Source: Alphaproteobacteria bacterium (GTDB lineage: Bacteria; Pseudomonadota; Alphaproteobacteria; MPNO01). From it: DNA of 64,000 nt. The stretch spans positions 2,912,001 to 2,976,000 of the forward strand of contig OZ219866.1 in NCBI GenBank assembly GCA_964291675.2. Direction: 5' to 3'. Below, in pieces: positions 46,449 through 56,395 of this stretch (its first letter is position 1; each line of letters starts with the position of its first letter). The translations under genes were made by a program, and so were the position numbers. Under the pieces are notes generated by a model. It was given only the letters and a program-made list of their open reading frames with translations. It did no database searches and had not been told where the DNA came from.

Positions 46449-48872
46449 ATGCGTGTTCTGAAGACGATCGGCGTACTGGCTGCGGTATTCGTCGTCGTCG
46501 GGCTTCTCGCCGGCGGCGGTGCCGTCTGGCTGCTCTACTCCTATAGCCGCGGCTTGCCGGACTACGCCCAGCTCGCCGATTACGAGCCGCCCATGGTGAG
46601 CCGAATCCATGCCGGAGACGGCAGGCTGCTCGCCGAGTTCGCGACCGAGAAACGGGTCTTCGTCCCGGTCTCGGCCATGCCCCGCCGGGTGATCGACGCC
46701 TTCGTCTCGGCCGAGGACAAGACGTTCTTCGAGCATTCCGGGATCGACCCGCCCGGGATCGCGGTCGCCCTGATCAGGAACCTGATGCGGCTCGGCACCG
46801 ACCGGCGGCCGGTCGGCGCGTCGACCATCACCCAGCAGGTGACCAAGAATTTCCTGCTGACCGACGCCGTCTCCTACCGGCGCAAAATCCGCGAGATCCT
46901 TCTCGCCTTCCGGATCGAGCGCGCGCTGTCGAAGGAGCGCATTCTCGAGCTGTACCTCAACCAGATCTATCTCGGGCTCGGCTCCTATGGCGTCGCCGCC
47001 GCCGCCATCAACTACTTCAACAAGTCGCTCGACGAGCTGACCGTCGCCGAGGCCGCCTTCCTCGCCGGCCTGCCCAAGGCGCCCAACAACTACAACCCCG
47101 AACGCCGCCCCAGGGCCGCGCGCGCGAGGCGGGATTACGTGATCGGCCGGATGTTGAGCGACGGACGTATCGACGAGGCCCAGGCGACGCTCGCCCGGTC
47201 GCGACCGGTGACGCTCACGCCGCCCGACGAGGTGCTGGTCGCCAAGGCCGAATACTTCGTCGAGGAGGTGCGCCGCGAGCTCGCCGCGCGGTTCGGGACG
47301 ACGCAGCTCTATGGCGGCGGCCTGTCGGTGCGGACCACGCTCGATCCCGGCTTGCAGGCGGCCGCCGACCGGTCGTTGCGCGGCGGCCTGCTCGCCTACG
47401 ACCGGCGGCATGGCTGGCGCGGTCCGGTGGCCCGGATCGACCCGGATCTGCCGATCGCCGCCCAGCTCGGGCAGCACCGCATCGCCGGCATGCCGGAGGG
47501 CTGGCGATTGGCCGTGGTCGACCGGGTGGACGAAACCGCCGCCGCCATTCGCCTGGTGTCGGGAGAGCACGGGACGATTGCGCTCGACCGGCTGCGCTGG
47601 GCACGCGAGCGGCTGGAGGATCAAAGGCTGGGCCCCGCGGTCGAACGGGTTTCCGACGTGCTCGCGCCCGGCGATGTCGTCAGCGTCGAGCCCGTGGCCG
47701 CCGCCGAGGGCGAGCCGGAGGGCGTGGGCTACGCGCTCCGCCAGATCCCCGACATCGACGGGGCGCTGGTCGCGCTCGACCCCCATACCGGCCGCGTGCT
47801 GGCGCTCACCGGCGGGTTCAGCTACGCGGCCAGCCAGTTCAACCGCGCCACCCAGGCCAGGCGCCAGCCCGGCTCGGCCTTCAAGCCCTTCGTCTACCTC
47901 GCCGCCCTGGACCACGGCTTCACCCCCTCCAGCCTGGTGCTCGACGCCCCCTTCGTCATCGATCAGGGGCCGGGGATGGGCAAGTGGAAGCCGGCCAACT
48001 ACACCAAGCGCTTCTACGGCCCCAGCCCGATGCGGATCGGCATGGAGAAATCCCGCAACCTGATGACCGTCCGCGTGGCGCAGCGCATCGGCATGGAGGC
48101 GGTGGCGCGCTACGCCGAACGGCTCGGCGTGGTCGACCGGCTGCCGCGGATCCTGTCGATGTCGCTCGGCGCGGGCGAGACCACCCTGCTGCGCCTGACC
48201 GCCGCCTACGCCATGCTGGTCAATGGCGGAAACAGGATCGTGCCGACCTTCCTCGACCGCATCCAGGACCGCAACGGCAAGACCGTGTTCCGGCACGACC
48301 GGCGCGAGTGCCCCGGCTGCACCGGCGTTGCCTGGACCGGCCAGGCCGAGCCCGACCTGCCGGATGCGCGCGAACGGGTCGCCGACGGGGGGAGCGCCTA
48401 TCAGGTGGTCTCGATGCTGGAAGGCGTCGTCCAGCGCGGTACCGGGCGGCGGGTCCGGGCGGTGGGCAAGCCGATCGCCGGCAAGACCGGCACCACCAAT
48501 GACAGCCGCGATGCCTGGTTCGTCGGCTTCTCGCCCGATCTCGCGGTCGGCGTCTTCGTCGGCTTCGACGCGCCCAAATCCCTCGGCCGAAACGAGACTG
48601 GCTCGTCGGCGGCGGCGCCCATATTCCGCGATTTCATGCAGGCCGCGCTCGAGGACAAGCCGGCGACGCCGTTCCGCATCCCGCCCGGGATTCGCCTGGT
48701 CCGGGTGGACGCGGCGACCGGGCTGGTCGCGCGCGGGCCGGGCAGGGGGGTGATCCTCGAAGCGTTCAAGCCGGGCACCGAACCCGCCGCCCCTCAGCCC
48801 GTCGTCGGAGGCGCCGCGGCGCCGGCGGCGGAGGACCCGGCTACACCGAAGCGTCGCCGCGACCTATATTAG
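46449..48872 (+). CDS. mrcA: Penicillin-binding protein 1A
   Basis: EDKTFFEHSG, GASTITQQV, RKIRE, ILELYLN; transpeptidase SAFK, SRN and KTG motifs. Confidence 0.95.
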   Translation: MRVLKTIGVLAAVFVVVGLLAGGGAVWLLYSYSRGLPDYAQLADYEPPMVSRIHAGDGRLLAEFATEKRVFVPVSAMPRRVIDAFVSAEDKTFFEHSGIDPPGIAVALIRNLMRLGTDRRPVGASTITQQVTKNFLLTDAVSYRRKIREILLAFRIERALSKERILELYLNQIYLGLGSYGVAAAAINYFNKSLDELTVAEAAFLAGLPKAPNNYNPERRPRAARARRDYVIGRMLSDGRIDEAQATLARSRPVTLTPPDEVLVAKAEYFVEEVRRELAARFGTTQLYGGGLSVRTTLDPGLQAAADRSLRGGLLAYDRRHGWRGPVARIDPDLPIAAQLGQHRIAGMPEGWRLAVVDRVDETAAAIRLVSGEHGTIALDRLRWARERLEDQRLGPAVERVSDVLAPGDVVSVEPVAAAEGEPEGVGYALRQIPDIDGALVALDPHTGRVLALTGGFSYAASQFNRATQARRQPGSAFKPFVYLAALDHGFTPSSLVLDAPFVIDQGPGMGKWKPANYTKRFYGPSPMRIGMEKSRNLMTVRVAQRIGMEAVARYAERLGVVDRLPRILSMSLGAGETTLLRLTAAYAMLVNGGNRIVPTFLDRIQDRNGKTVFRHDRRECPGCTGVAWTGQAEPDLPDARERVADGGSAYQVVSMLEGVVQRGTGRRVRAVGKPIAGKTGTTNDSRDAWFVGFSPDLAVGVFVGFDAPKSLGRNETGSSAAAPIFRDFMQAALEDKPATPFRIPPGIRLVRVDAATGLVARGPGRGVILEAFKPGTEPAAPQPVVGGAAAPAAEDPATPKRRRDLY

Positions 48873-48914
48873 CCGCGCCCGCCACGTCAGCGAGAAACCC
48901 CGGAGCGGTCCGAC

Positions 48915-50028
48915 ATGCGCGCGGAAATCGAGTCCGTCCTCGGCGAGATCGAGCAGTCGCTTGCGCTGCTGAGGAGGCATCTTTGACCCCGAGAGATCCG
49001 AGGCCCGGCTGGCGGCGCTGAACGCGCTGGTCGAGGACCCGGCGTTCTGGAACGATCCCGAGCGCGCGCGCGACGTGATGCGCGAGCGCACGCGGCTCGA
49101 CGGCGCGCTCGCCGCCTGGCGGGCGCTCGACCGCGAAATGCGGGACAACCGCGACCTCGTCGAGCTCGGCGAGGCCGAGGACGACGGCGAGGTCGTCGCC
49201 GAGGCCGAGGCCGCCCTGGTCGCGCTGCGCGACCGCGCGGCGCGGATGGAGACCGAGAGCCTGCTCTCCGGCGAAGCCGACGGCAATGACAGCTTCGTCG
49301 AGATCCATGCCGGCGCCGGCGGCACCGAGTCGCAGGACTGGGCGGAGATGCTGGCGCGGATGTACGCGCGCTGGGCCGAAGCGCATGGCTATGCCGTCGA
49401 GATGCTGGAGGAGAGCCCGGGCGAGGAGGCCGGCTTCAAGTCGGTCACCATGCGCGTCAAGGGGGAGAACGCCTATGGCTGGCTCAAGACCGAGAGCGGG
49501 GTTCACCGCCTGGTCCGCATCTCGCCCTTCGACGCCAGTTCGCGGCGGCATACCAGCTTCGCCTCGGTCTGGGCCTATCCGGTGATCGACGACGACATCG
49601 CGATCGAGATCGAGGACAAGGACATCCGCATCGACACCTACCGCGCCTCGGGCGCCGGCGGGCAGCACGTCAACCGGACCGACAGCGCGGTCAGGATCAC
49701 CCATCTGCCCACCAATATCGTCGTCCAGTGTCAGAACGACCGCTCGCAGCACCGCAACCGGGCGGCCGCCTTCGCGATGCTGCGCGCCCGGCTCTACGAG
49801 CAGGAATTGCAGAGGCGCGAGGCCGAGGCCCAGGCCGAGCACGCCGCCAAGAGCGAGATCGGCTGGGGGCACCAGATCCGCTCCTACGTGCTGCAGCCCT
49901 ACCAGATGGTGAAGGACCTGCGCACCAATATCGAGAAGGGGAACCCCCAGGCGGTGCTCGACGGCGATCTCGACGCCTTCATGGCCGCCGCGCTCGCCGC
50001 CAGGCTCGGCGCGCGCCCGTCGGGTTAG
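48915..50028 (+). CDS. prfB: Peptide chain release factor 2 (programmed +1 frameshift)
   Basis: ATG 48915 ([23 protein letters not shown]), then CTT-TGA-C; the +1 frame continues into the RF2 body with SPF and GGQ motifs. Confidence 0.96.
48972..48987 (+). promoter_or_regulatory. prfB +1 ribosomal frameshift cassette
   Basis: Internal SD AGGAGG (48972-48977), 3-nt spacer, CTTTGAC (48981-48987). Confidence 0.95.
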
Positions 50029-50072
50029 CGTCCCGCTTCGGCAGCGTCTCTCCATCGCCATCGCGCCCCGCC

Positions 50073-50115
50073 CGTCATGGCCGGCCCCCGCAACGAGTCC
50101 GGGGGCGTTCCGGCC
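50073..50115. repeat. REP-like palindrome between convergent prfB and the LLM gene
   Basis: CGTCATGGCCGG-CCCCCG..CGGGGG-CGTTCCGGCC; same GTCAYGGC signature as at 3031 and 27391. Confidence 0.5.
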
Positions 50116-50127
50116 CTCCGCAGCGCC

Positions 50128-51192
50128 TCACAGACCCCCGATCACCTCGGCCCATTCGTCGAGCGTCTCCTCGTGGCCGAAGCGGATGTGGCAGGAGAAC
50201 TGGGTGAAGCCGGCCGCTGCCAGCGCGCGGATCGCCTCGCGGAGCTGCGACTTCGTTCCCGTGATCGTCGCATTGCGGATCAGCTCGCCGGTGATCAGCG
50301 GCGCCTCGTCCGGGCGCAGGAACAGGAGATGGCCGCGATGCAAAGTGAGGTAGCGCGCATCCTCCGGCGTGTAGCCCCGGTAGAGCGTGCGGTAGCGCTC
50401 CAGCAGCGGGGCGAGGGGGGCGGGGAGGTCGAGCCGGATCGTCCCGAATCGCTCCTGCTCGACCAGGTTGTGCAGCACCACCGCGGCGGCCGGCCCGGCC
50501 AGCGCCTTCGCGCGTTCGCTGTCGAACGCCTCGCCCTCGGCCAGCACGCAGCCGCCGGTGATCGCCGTCGCGTAGAGCCCGGCCGGGTCGCGCCCCGCCT
50601 CGCGCATGGCGTCCCGCATGTCCGCGGCATCGGCGGCCGCGCGATCGAGATTGCCCACCGCCGACATCCAGCCCGCCCCGATCCGCGCCGTCAGCCGCCG
50701 CCCCTTGGGGCCGAACGCCGAGACATGGAAGCGGACCGGGTCGTCGATATTGATCAGCCCGTGCTCGGGGTTGAGGAAGCGTATCCGGCTGGTCCCCTCC
50801 GCGTCGCTCCACGCCACCGTGTCGCCGTCGAGCAGGCCCTTCACGACCTCGATGTATTGCGCCATCTCGGCCAGCGGCACCGCGCCGCGGCCCATCGTGC
50901 GGCGCGCGGTAAACCCGGTGGATATGCCGAAATCGATGCGCCCCGGCGCCAGCTTGTTGAGCGAGGCGAGCGCGTTGGCGGTCACCGGCGCGATCCGGTT
51001 CGACGGCACCGCGACCGCGCTGCCGAGCCGGATCCGCGAGGTCTCCATGGCCGCGGCCGCCATGGCGACGAACACGTCGGCGTTGAGCAGCTGGGTGTCG
51101 GAGAACCAGGCATAGTCGAAGCCGAGCGCCTCGGCCCGCCTGGCCGTCTTCCAGTGCTCCGCCGCGGTCGCGAAGCTGACCCCGAAATCCAT
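50128..51192 (-). CDS. LLM-class (luciferase-like) flavin/F420-dependent oxidoreductase
   Basis: AEALGFDYAWFSD, TSRIRLGSAV, LAPGRIDFGISTG and SAFGPKG motifs. Confidence 0.9.
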   Translation of the reverse strand: MDFGVSFATAAEHWKTARRAEALGFDYAWFSDTQLLNADVFVAMAAAAMETSRIRLGSAVAVPSNRIAPVTANALASLNKLAPGRIDFGISTGFTARRTMGRGAVPLAEMAQYIEVVKGLLDGDTVAWSDAEGTSRIRFLNPEHGLINIDDPVRFHVSAFGPKGRRLTARIGAGWMSAVGNLDRAAADAADMRDAMREAGRDPAGLYATAITGGCVLAEGEAFDSERAKALAGPAAAVVLHNLVEQERFGTIRLDLPAPLAPLLERYRTLYRGYTPEDARYLTLHRGHLLFLRPDEAPLITGELIRNATITGTKSQLREAIRALAAAGFTQFSCHIRFGHEETLDEWAEVIGGL

Positions 51193-51324
51193 CGCCCGAT
51201 CCCGTCGGTTGCGCGCCGCATAGTGGGCGGTCCCGGGCGCTCCCCGTCAACCCGGCCGGGACCGGCTTGACAGCCCGCCCGCCATCGACAAAGAGAGCGC
51301 GGGACCCCAGCCGGGAGACATCGA

Positions 51325-51756
51325 TTGGGACGCTGGCACGAGACCCACCGCGCGGTCGTCCACCCTTGGTATTGCGACCAGTTCGGGCATATGAACGTCC
51401 GCCATTACTGCAATTTCTTCGACGATGCCGGGTTCCATATCTGGAGCCATATCGGCTGTCCGCACAGCGAGATGAAGGCGCGCGGGGTGATGCTGGTGGT
51501 CGCCCGCAACACCCTCAACTTCATCCACGAGATGAAGGCCGGCGAGCTGCTGCGCATCGAGACCGCCTTCATCCGCGTGGGCCGCAAGAGCTGCACCCAT
51601 CTCAACCGGATGTACAACGTCGACGACGGCACGCTGACCGCGACGCTCGAATCGGTCGAGGTGTTCTTCGATCCCGCGACCCGGACCTCCGCGCCCATGC
51701 CGGAGGACATAAGGGCGTTGCTGACCGAGGCCCTGGTGCCGCTCGAGGACGGGTAG
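51325..51756 (+). CDS. Hotdog-fold acyl-CoA thioesterase (4HBT-like)
   Basis: VHPWYCDQFGHMNVRHY motif; TTG start with GGAG RBS. Confidence 0.85.
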   Translation: MGRWHETHRAVVHPWYCDQFGHMNVRHYCNFFDDAGFHIWSHIGCPHSEMKARGVMLVVARNTLNFIHEMKAGELLRIETAFIRVGRKSCTHLNRMYNVDDGTLTATLESVEVFFDPATRTSAPMPEDIRALLTEALVPLEDG

Positions 51757-51833
51757 CGACGCATCGCGCGGTTTGTAACCGCCGTGCCGAACCGATAGCC
51801 TCGCCCGGACCCGCCCCAACCGATCGGAACGTC

Positions 51834-52853
51834 ATGTCAGGGATCGAGCGCGCCAACGGGCACCGGCCGGACGGTGTTCTCGACATCGTCCATCCCGCGC
51901 TGATGGGCGCCTCCCGCCCCGACCCCGCCGAGCTCGCCTACGACCTCGATCCCGTGCTGGGCGCGGTCTTCCGGCTGCGCGCCGAGGTCCCGGCGAGCGC
52001 CTTCACGGCGACCATCCTGGGCACCGAGCGCGAGGGCAACGGCGTGCTGATCGGCGCCGACGGGCTGGTGCTGACGATCGGCTATCTGATCACCGAGGCC
52101 GACCGGATCGCGCTCACCGACGTCGACGGGCGGACCGTGTCCGCTTCTCCGGTCGGCTACGACCACGAGACCGGGTTCGGGCTGGTGCGGGCCGACGAGG
52201 CGCTCGATGCCGCCCCGGTGGCGATCGGCCGCTCCGGCGTGGTGTCGGCGAAGGACCCGGTGGTCATCGCCTCGTTCGGCGGCATCAAGCACGCGATCGA
52301 GGGCGAGGTGGCGGTCGTGCGCGAGTTCGCCGGGTCCTGGGAATACATGCTCGACGAGGCGATCTGCACGGTTCCCGTCCACCCCTATTGGGGCGGCGCC
52401 GCGCTGATCGACCGGTCGGGGGCGCTGGTCGGCTGCGGGTCGCTCTATGTCGAACACTCGCTCGACGGCGGCGAGACGGTGCCGGGCAACCTGTTCGTGC
52501 CGATCGACCTGCTGGCGCCGATCCGGGACGATTTGGTGAGCACCGGGCGGGCGCGGCGCGCCGGGCGCCCCTGGCTCGGCGTCTATGTCAACGAATCCGA
52601 CGACCGGCTGGTGGTGACCGGGGTCGCCGCCAACGGACCCGGCGACCAGTGCGGCGTGCAGCCGGGCGATGCGATCCTCTCGGTCGAGGGCGTCGCGGCG
52701 TCCGGCCTGGCGCATTACTACCGGACGGTCTGGGCCGCCGGGGAGCCGGGGGCGGAGATCCGCCTGACCGTGCTCAGGGACGACGACGTGCTGTCGATCC
52801 GGGTGCGCTCGGGCGACCGCTACAGCTATCTCAAGCTGCCGCGCCCGCACTGA
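51834..52853 (+). CDS. S1C/HtrA-like trypsin-fold + PDZ protein with degenerate catalytic motifs
   Basis: GNGVLI, LTIGYLI, YDHETGFGLVR, HPYWGGAAL, RPWLG and a PDZ domain. Confidence 0.82.
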   Translation: MSGIERANGHRPDGVLDIVHPALMGASRPDPAELAYDLDPVLGAVFRLRAEVPASAFTATILGTEREGNGVLIGADGLVLTIGYLITEADRIALTDVDGRTVSASPVGYDHETGFGLVRADEALDAAPVAIGRSGVVSAKDPVVIASFGGIKHAIEGEVAVVREFAGSWEYMLDEAICTVPVHPYWGGAALIDRSGALVGCGSLYVEHSLDGGETVPGNLFVPIDLLAPIRDDLVSTGRARRAGRPWLGVYVNESDDRLVVTGVAANGPGDQCGVQPGDAILSVEGVAASGLAHYYRTVWAAGEPGAEIRLTVLRDDDVLSIRVRSGDRYSYLKLPRPH

Positions 52854-52868
52854 GCGGCCGCACCGGGA

Positions 52869-53333
52869 TCAGAGCGACCCGACGGCTTCGAGCACGGCGT
52901 CGACATGGCCGTTGACGCGGACCTTGCGCCAGATGCGGCGGATCGCGCCGGTCTCGTCGATCAGGAAGGTCGCGCGCTCGATCCCCATGAAGCTGCGCCC
53001 GTACATGGATTTCTCGACCCAGGTGCCGTAGGCCTCGCACACGCTGCCGTCGAGGTCGGCGGCCAGCGTAAACGGCAAATCGTGCTTCGCCTTGAACCGG
53101 TCGTGCCTGGCGACGCTGTCCTTCGACACGCCCACGACCACGGCATCGAGACCGGTAAAGTCCGGGAGCGAATCGCGGAAGGCGCAGGCCTCCCTGGTGC
53201 ATCCCGGCGTGTCGTCCTTCGGATAGAAGTAGAGCACGATTTTGCGGCCCGCGAGGCCGGCGAGCGACACGGTTCCGCCGCCGTCGGTCGCCATCTCGAA
53301 ATCGGGTGCGCGCTGTCCAACCTCCAGCGTCAT
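52869..53333 (-). CDS. bcp: Peroxiredoxin BCP/PrxQ
   Basis: YFYPKDDTPGCTREACAFRD motif. Confidence 0.95.
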   Translation of the reverse strand: MTLEVGQRAPDFEMATDGGGTVSLAGLAGRKIVLYFYPKDDTPGCTREACAFRDSLPDFTGLDAVVVGVSKDSVARHDRFKAKHDLPFTLAADLDGSVCEAYGTWVEKSMYGRSFMGIERATFLIDETGAIRRIWRKVRVNGHVDAVLEAVGSL

Positions 53334-56317
53334 CGGCGATCCTTTCCTGTCGTGGCCTCGGCCGCGGCCGCGGGTCCGGCGACGATCTCCTCGAAATGCC
53401 GGTACGACCGGGCGGCGAGGGCGAGGCTCCTCTCTTCGAGCGCCGCGTAGTCCGCCGAGCCCGTTGCGCGGGCGACGAATTCCTGCAACGCGGGCGATTC
53501 GTGGCGGCCCGCCACCCCGGCGCCGAAGGCCAGGCGAACGATCCCCTGCAGCCGCCGCCACAGCGTCATCGCCTCGATCAGCTCGCCGGCGACCGACGGG
53601 TCCAGGCAACCGGCGGCGGCCAGCCGTTCGAGCGCGTCGGTGGTATCGGTCGACAGCACCTCGGGGTGGCTGTGGGCGTGGCGAAGCTGGAGATACTGGG
53701 CGATGAACTCGATGTCGATCATGCCGCCGCGAAACCGCTTGATCGACCAGAAGTCGTCGACCGCAAGCTCCCGCTCCATTCTGTCGCGCATGTCGGCGAC
53801 CGCAGAGACCAGCCGGTCCGGGTCGCGCTCCCGGGTGAGCACCGACGCGATGGTCTTCTCGATGCGCGCGGCGAACGCTTCCGGCGCGGCGATCACCCTG
53901 GCGCGGGTCAGCGCCAGATGCTCCCAGGTCCAGGCATCTTCGTTCTGATAGCGCGTGAACGCCGCGAGCGAGGTGGCGATCGGCCCCGACGCGCCGGCCG
54001 GGCGCAGCCGCATGTCGACCTCGTAGAGACTCCCTTCGTTGGTCGGCGCCGACATGGCGCCGATGAAGCGCTGGCACAGCCGGGCGTAGTAGGTCTGGCA
54101 GGGCAGCGGGCGCGAACCGTCGGACTCGGCATGCTCGTCCCCGGTCTCGTAGAGGAACAGGAGATCGAGGTCCGACTCGGTGGTGAGCTCCCGCCCGCCG
54201 AGCTTGCCGAAACCGAGCACGGCGAAGGCGCTGTCCGGCACCGCGCCGTGCCTGCGCGCGAAATCGCGCGCGGTCGCGGGCAGCAGGGCGCGCACGCAGG
54301 CCGTGGCGATGTCGGCCAGCGGCCGGCCCGCCTCCGCCCCGTCGATCCGGCCGTTGAGCATCTGCACGCCGATCTCGAACACGCGGACGTTGTTCCAGTA
54401 GCGGCAGGCGTCGAGAACGTCCTCGTAGTGGTGGGCTTCGGCGAGCGCCCGTTCGAGGTCGGCGGCGAGCCCCTCGCTGCCGGCGCCGGGGTCCAGCGAC
54501 CCGGGCTGCAAGACGCCTTCGAGCATGATCGGGTGACGGCTGAGCAGGTTCGCGAGCCGGGGGGCGCTTCCCATGATCCTGGCGAGCAGCGCCAGCAGCG
54601 CCGGGTTGTTGGTGAACAGCGAGAGGATGTGCACCCCGGCCGGAAGCGTGCGCAGGAAGTCGTCGAAGCGGAGCAGCGCGGCGTCCGGGTCGTTGGTGGT
54701 CGACAGGGTCTCCAGCACGGTCGGGATGAGCTCGGTCAACAGCTCGCGCGCCCGCGCGCTGCGGGTCGACGAGTAGCGGCCGTGATGCCAGATGCGGATG
54801 CGCTCGGCCACCCGGCCGGGCTCCCGGAAGCCCATCCGCGACAGGGTCTCCAGGGTTTCCGGGTCGTCCTCGGCGCCGGTGAAGACCAGGTTTCCCGGAC
54901 CCGACAGATCGGGGGTCTTTTCGAACAGCACGGCGTAGTGCGATTCGACGGCGCGCAGCTCCTCCAGCAGCGCCGCCTCGAACGCCGCCCGGCCGTCATA
55001 CCCCATGAGAAGGGCGATGCGTTCCAGCTCCGCCTCGTCCTGCGGCAGGGAATGGGTCTGCTGGTCGTCGATCATCTGCAGGCGATTCTCGATCCGGCGG
55101 TGAAACCGGTAGGCCTGGATCAGCCGGCTGCTGACGACGGATTCGAGAAGACCCGCGCGCGCCAGCGCGCGCAGCGCATCGCAGGTGTCGCGGACCCTCA
55201 ACGAGGAATCGCGCCCGCCCCAGATGAGCTGCTGGGTCTGGGCGAAGAACTCGATCTCGCGGATGCCGCCGCGGCCCAGCTTGATGTCGTGCCCGGCTAC
55301 GTCCATCGTCGAGCCGCCGCGCCGGGCGTTGATCTGGCGCTTGATCGAATGGATGTCCTGGATGGCGAAGAAATCGAGGCTCTTGCGCCAGACGAACGGA
55401 TGCAGCATTTCGAGAAACGCTTCTCCCGCCACGATGTCGCCGGCGATCGGGCGGGCCTTGATCATCGCCGCCCGTTCCCAGTTCTGGCCGGCGCTCTCGT
55501 AATAGATCTCGGCCGCCCTTGTGGCGACCGCGACCGGCGTGGATCCCGGATCGGGGCGCAGCCTCAGATCGGTGCGGAAGACGTAGCCGTCACTGGTCCG
55601 TTCGGCCATCACCTTGACCAGGTTCTGGGTGAGGCGGATCATGCATTGCTGAAGGCTGGTTCTGCCCGTGTATTCGATCAGCGCGCCGTCATAGAGCACG
55701 ATCAGGTCGATATCGCTCGAGTAGTTGAGCTCGCGCCCGCCGAGCTTCCCCATGCCGAGCACGATCCATCCTGAGGCGAGCGACGGATGGTCCGGCGCGG
55801 GCAGCGCGATTTCGCCCGCCGCCGCCGCCCCGGCGAGCAGGTGGTCGACGGCGATCTCCAGCGAGCGCTGGGCGAAGTCGGAGAGACGGGCGCACACGGT
55901 CTCCACCGGCCAGGCGCCGCTCAGATCGGCGACGGCGGTTGCGAGCGAGGTTCTTCTCTTGGCGACGCGAAGCGCCGACATTATCTCTTCGGTGCCGGCA
56001 TCGTGCGGCCCCATGCGATCGAGCGTCGCCATCGTCCGATCCCACGCCGCCTGCACGCCATCGGCGAGCAAGTCACAGGCGAATGCGATATCGCGGATGG
56101 CACAATGGGTGAGGAAGGGGCTGTTACCGAACACCGTCGAAAGCACTGAGCGCGCAGCCGGGTCGGCGGCGAGCGCGCGGGCGCGGCGCGCGGTTTCCGG
56201 CGCGGCCTCGGAAGCGGCCTCTTCCCAGCGTTCGAACGCGAGCTCGGCCGCCGCCGGGTTTGCCGGCCGGGGGAGGTCTCCGGTGTCGGCGACGGGTTGT
56301 TCTGCGGTCGGCGTCAA
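53330..56317 (-). CDS. glnE: Bifunctional glutamine synthetase adenylyltransferase/adenylyl-removing enzyme
   Basis: Two nucleotidyltransferase motifs (GMGKLGGRELNYSSDIDL and GFGKLGGRELTTESDLDL); DLRLRP / DMRLRP; WERAA. Confidence 0.95.
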   Translation of the reverse strand: MTPTAEQPVADTGDLPRPANPAAAELAFERWEEAASEAAPETARRARALAADPAARSVLSTVFGNSPFLTHCAIRDIAFACDLLADGVQAAWDRTMATLDRMGPHDAGTEEIMSALRVAKRRTSLATAVADLSGAWPVETVCARLSDFAQRSLEIAVDHLLAGAAAAGEIALPAPDHPSLASGWIVLGMGKLGGRELNYSSDIDLIVLYDGALIEYTGRTSLQQCMIRLTQNLVKVMAERTSDGYVFRTDLRLRPDPGSTPVAVATRAAEIYYESAGQNWERAAMIKARPIAGDIVAGEAFLEMLHPFVWRKSLDFFAIQDIHSIKRQINARRGGSTMDVAGHDIKLGRGGIREIEFFAQTQQLIWGGRDSSLRVRDTCDALRALARAGLLESVVSSRLIQAYRFHRRIENRLQMIDDQQTHSLPQDEAELERIALLMGYDGRAAFEAALLEELRAVESHYAVLFEKTPDLSGPGNLVFTGAEDDPETLETLSRMGFREPGRVAERIRIWHHGRYSSTRSARARELLTELIPTVLETLSTTNDPDAALLRFDDFLRTLPAGVHILSLFTNNPALLALLARIMGSAPRLANLLSRHPIMLEGVLQPGSLDPGAGSEGLAADLERALAEAHHYEDVLDACRYWNNVRVFEIGVQMLNGRIDGAEAGRPLADIATACVRALLPATARDFARRHGAVPDSAFAVLGFGKLGGRELTTESDLDLLFLYETGDEHAESDGSRPLPCQTYYARLCQRFIGAMSAPTNEGSLYEVDMRLRPAGASGPIATSLAAFTRYQNEDAWTWEHLALTRARVIAAPEAFAARIEKTIASVLTRERDPDRLVSAVADMRDRMERELAVDDFWSIKRFRGGMIDIEFIAQYLQLRHAHSHPEVLSTDTTDALERLAAAGCLDPSVAGELIEAMTLWRRLQGIVRLAFGAGVAGRHESPALQEFVARATGSADYAALEERSLALAARSYRHFEEIVAGPAAAAEATTGKDRR

Positions 56318-56395
56318 GCGCGGTTCTCCGGCGGTGGAGAGGCCGACCGAAAGTGTTCCCTCGGCCGTTCCCGGTCAAGCGGGCGCGGGCTCGCC

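Noticed and set aside
44934-48296. 1120-aa minus-strand ORF (similar long shadows at 4013-6421, 13539-15866, 43144-45093 and 53306-55774)
   Set aside because: Antisense to well-supported genes with no recognisable motifs; long stop-free shadow frames are expected at this GC content.
52869-53333. Further selenoproteins among the redox genes (bcp, dsbA-like)
   Set aside because: Both encode ordinary Cys at their active sites (GCTREAC, CGVC) with no in-frame TGA.
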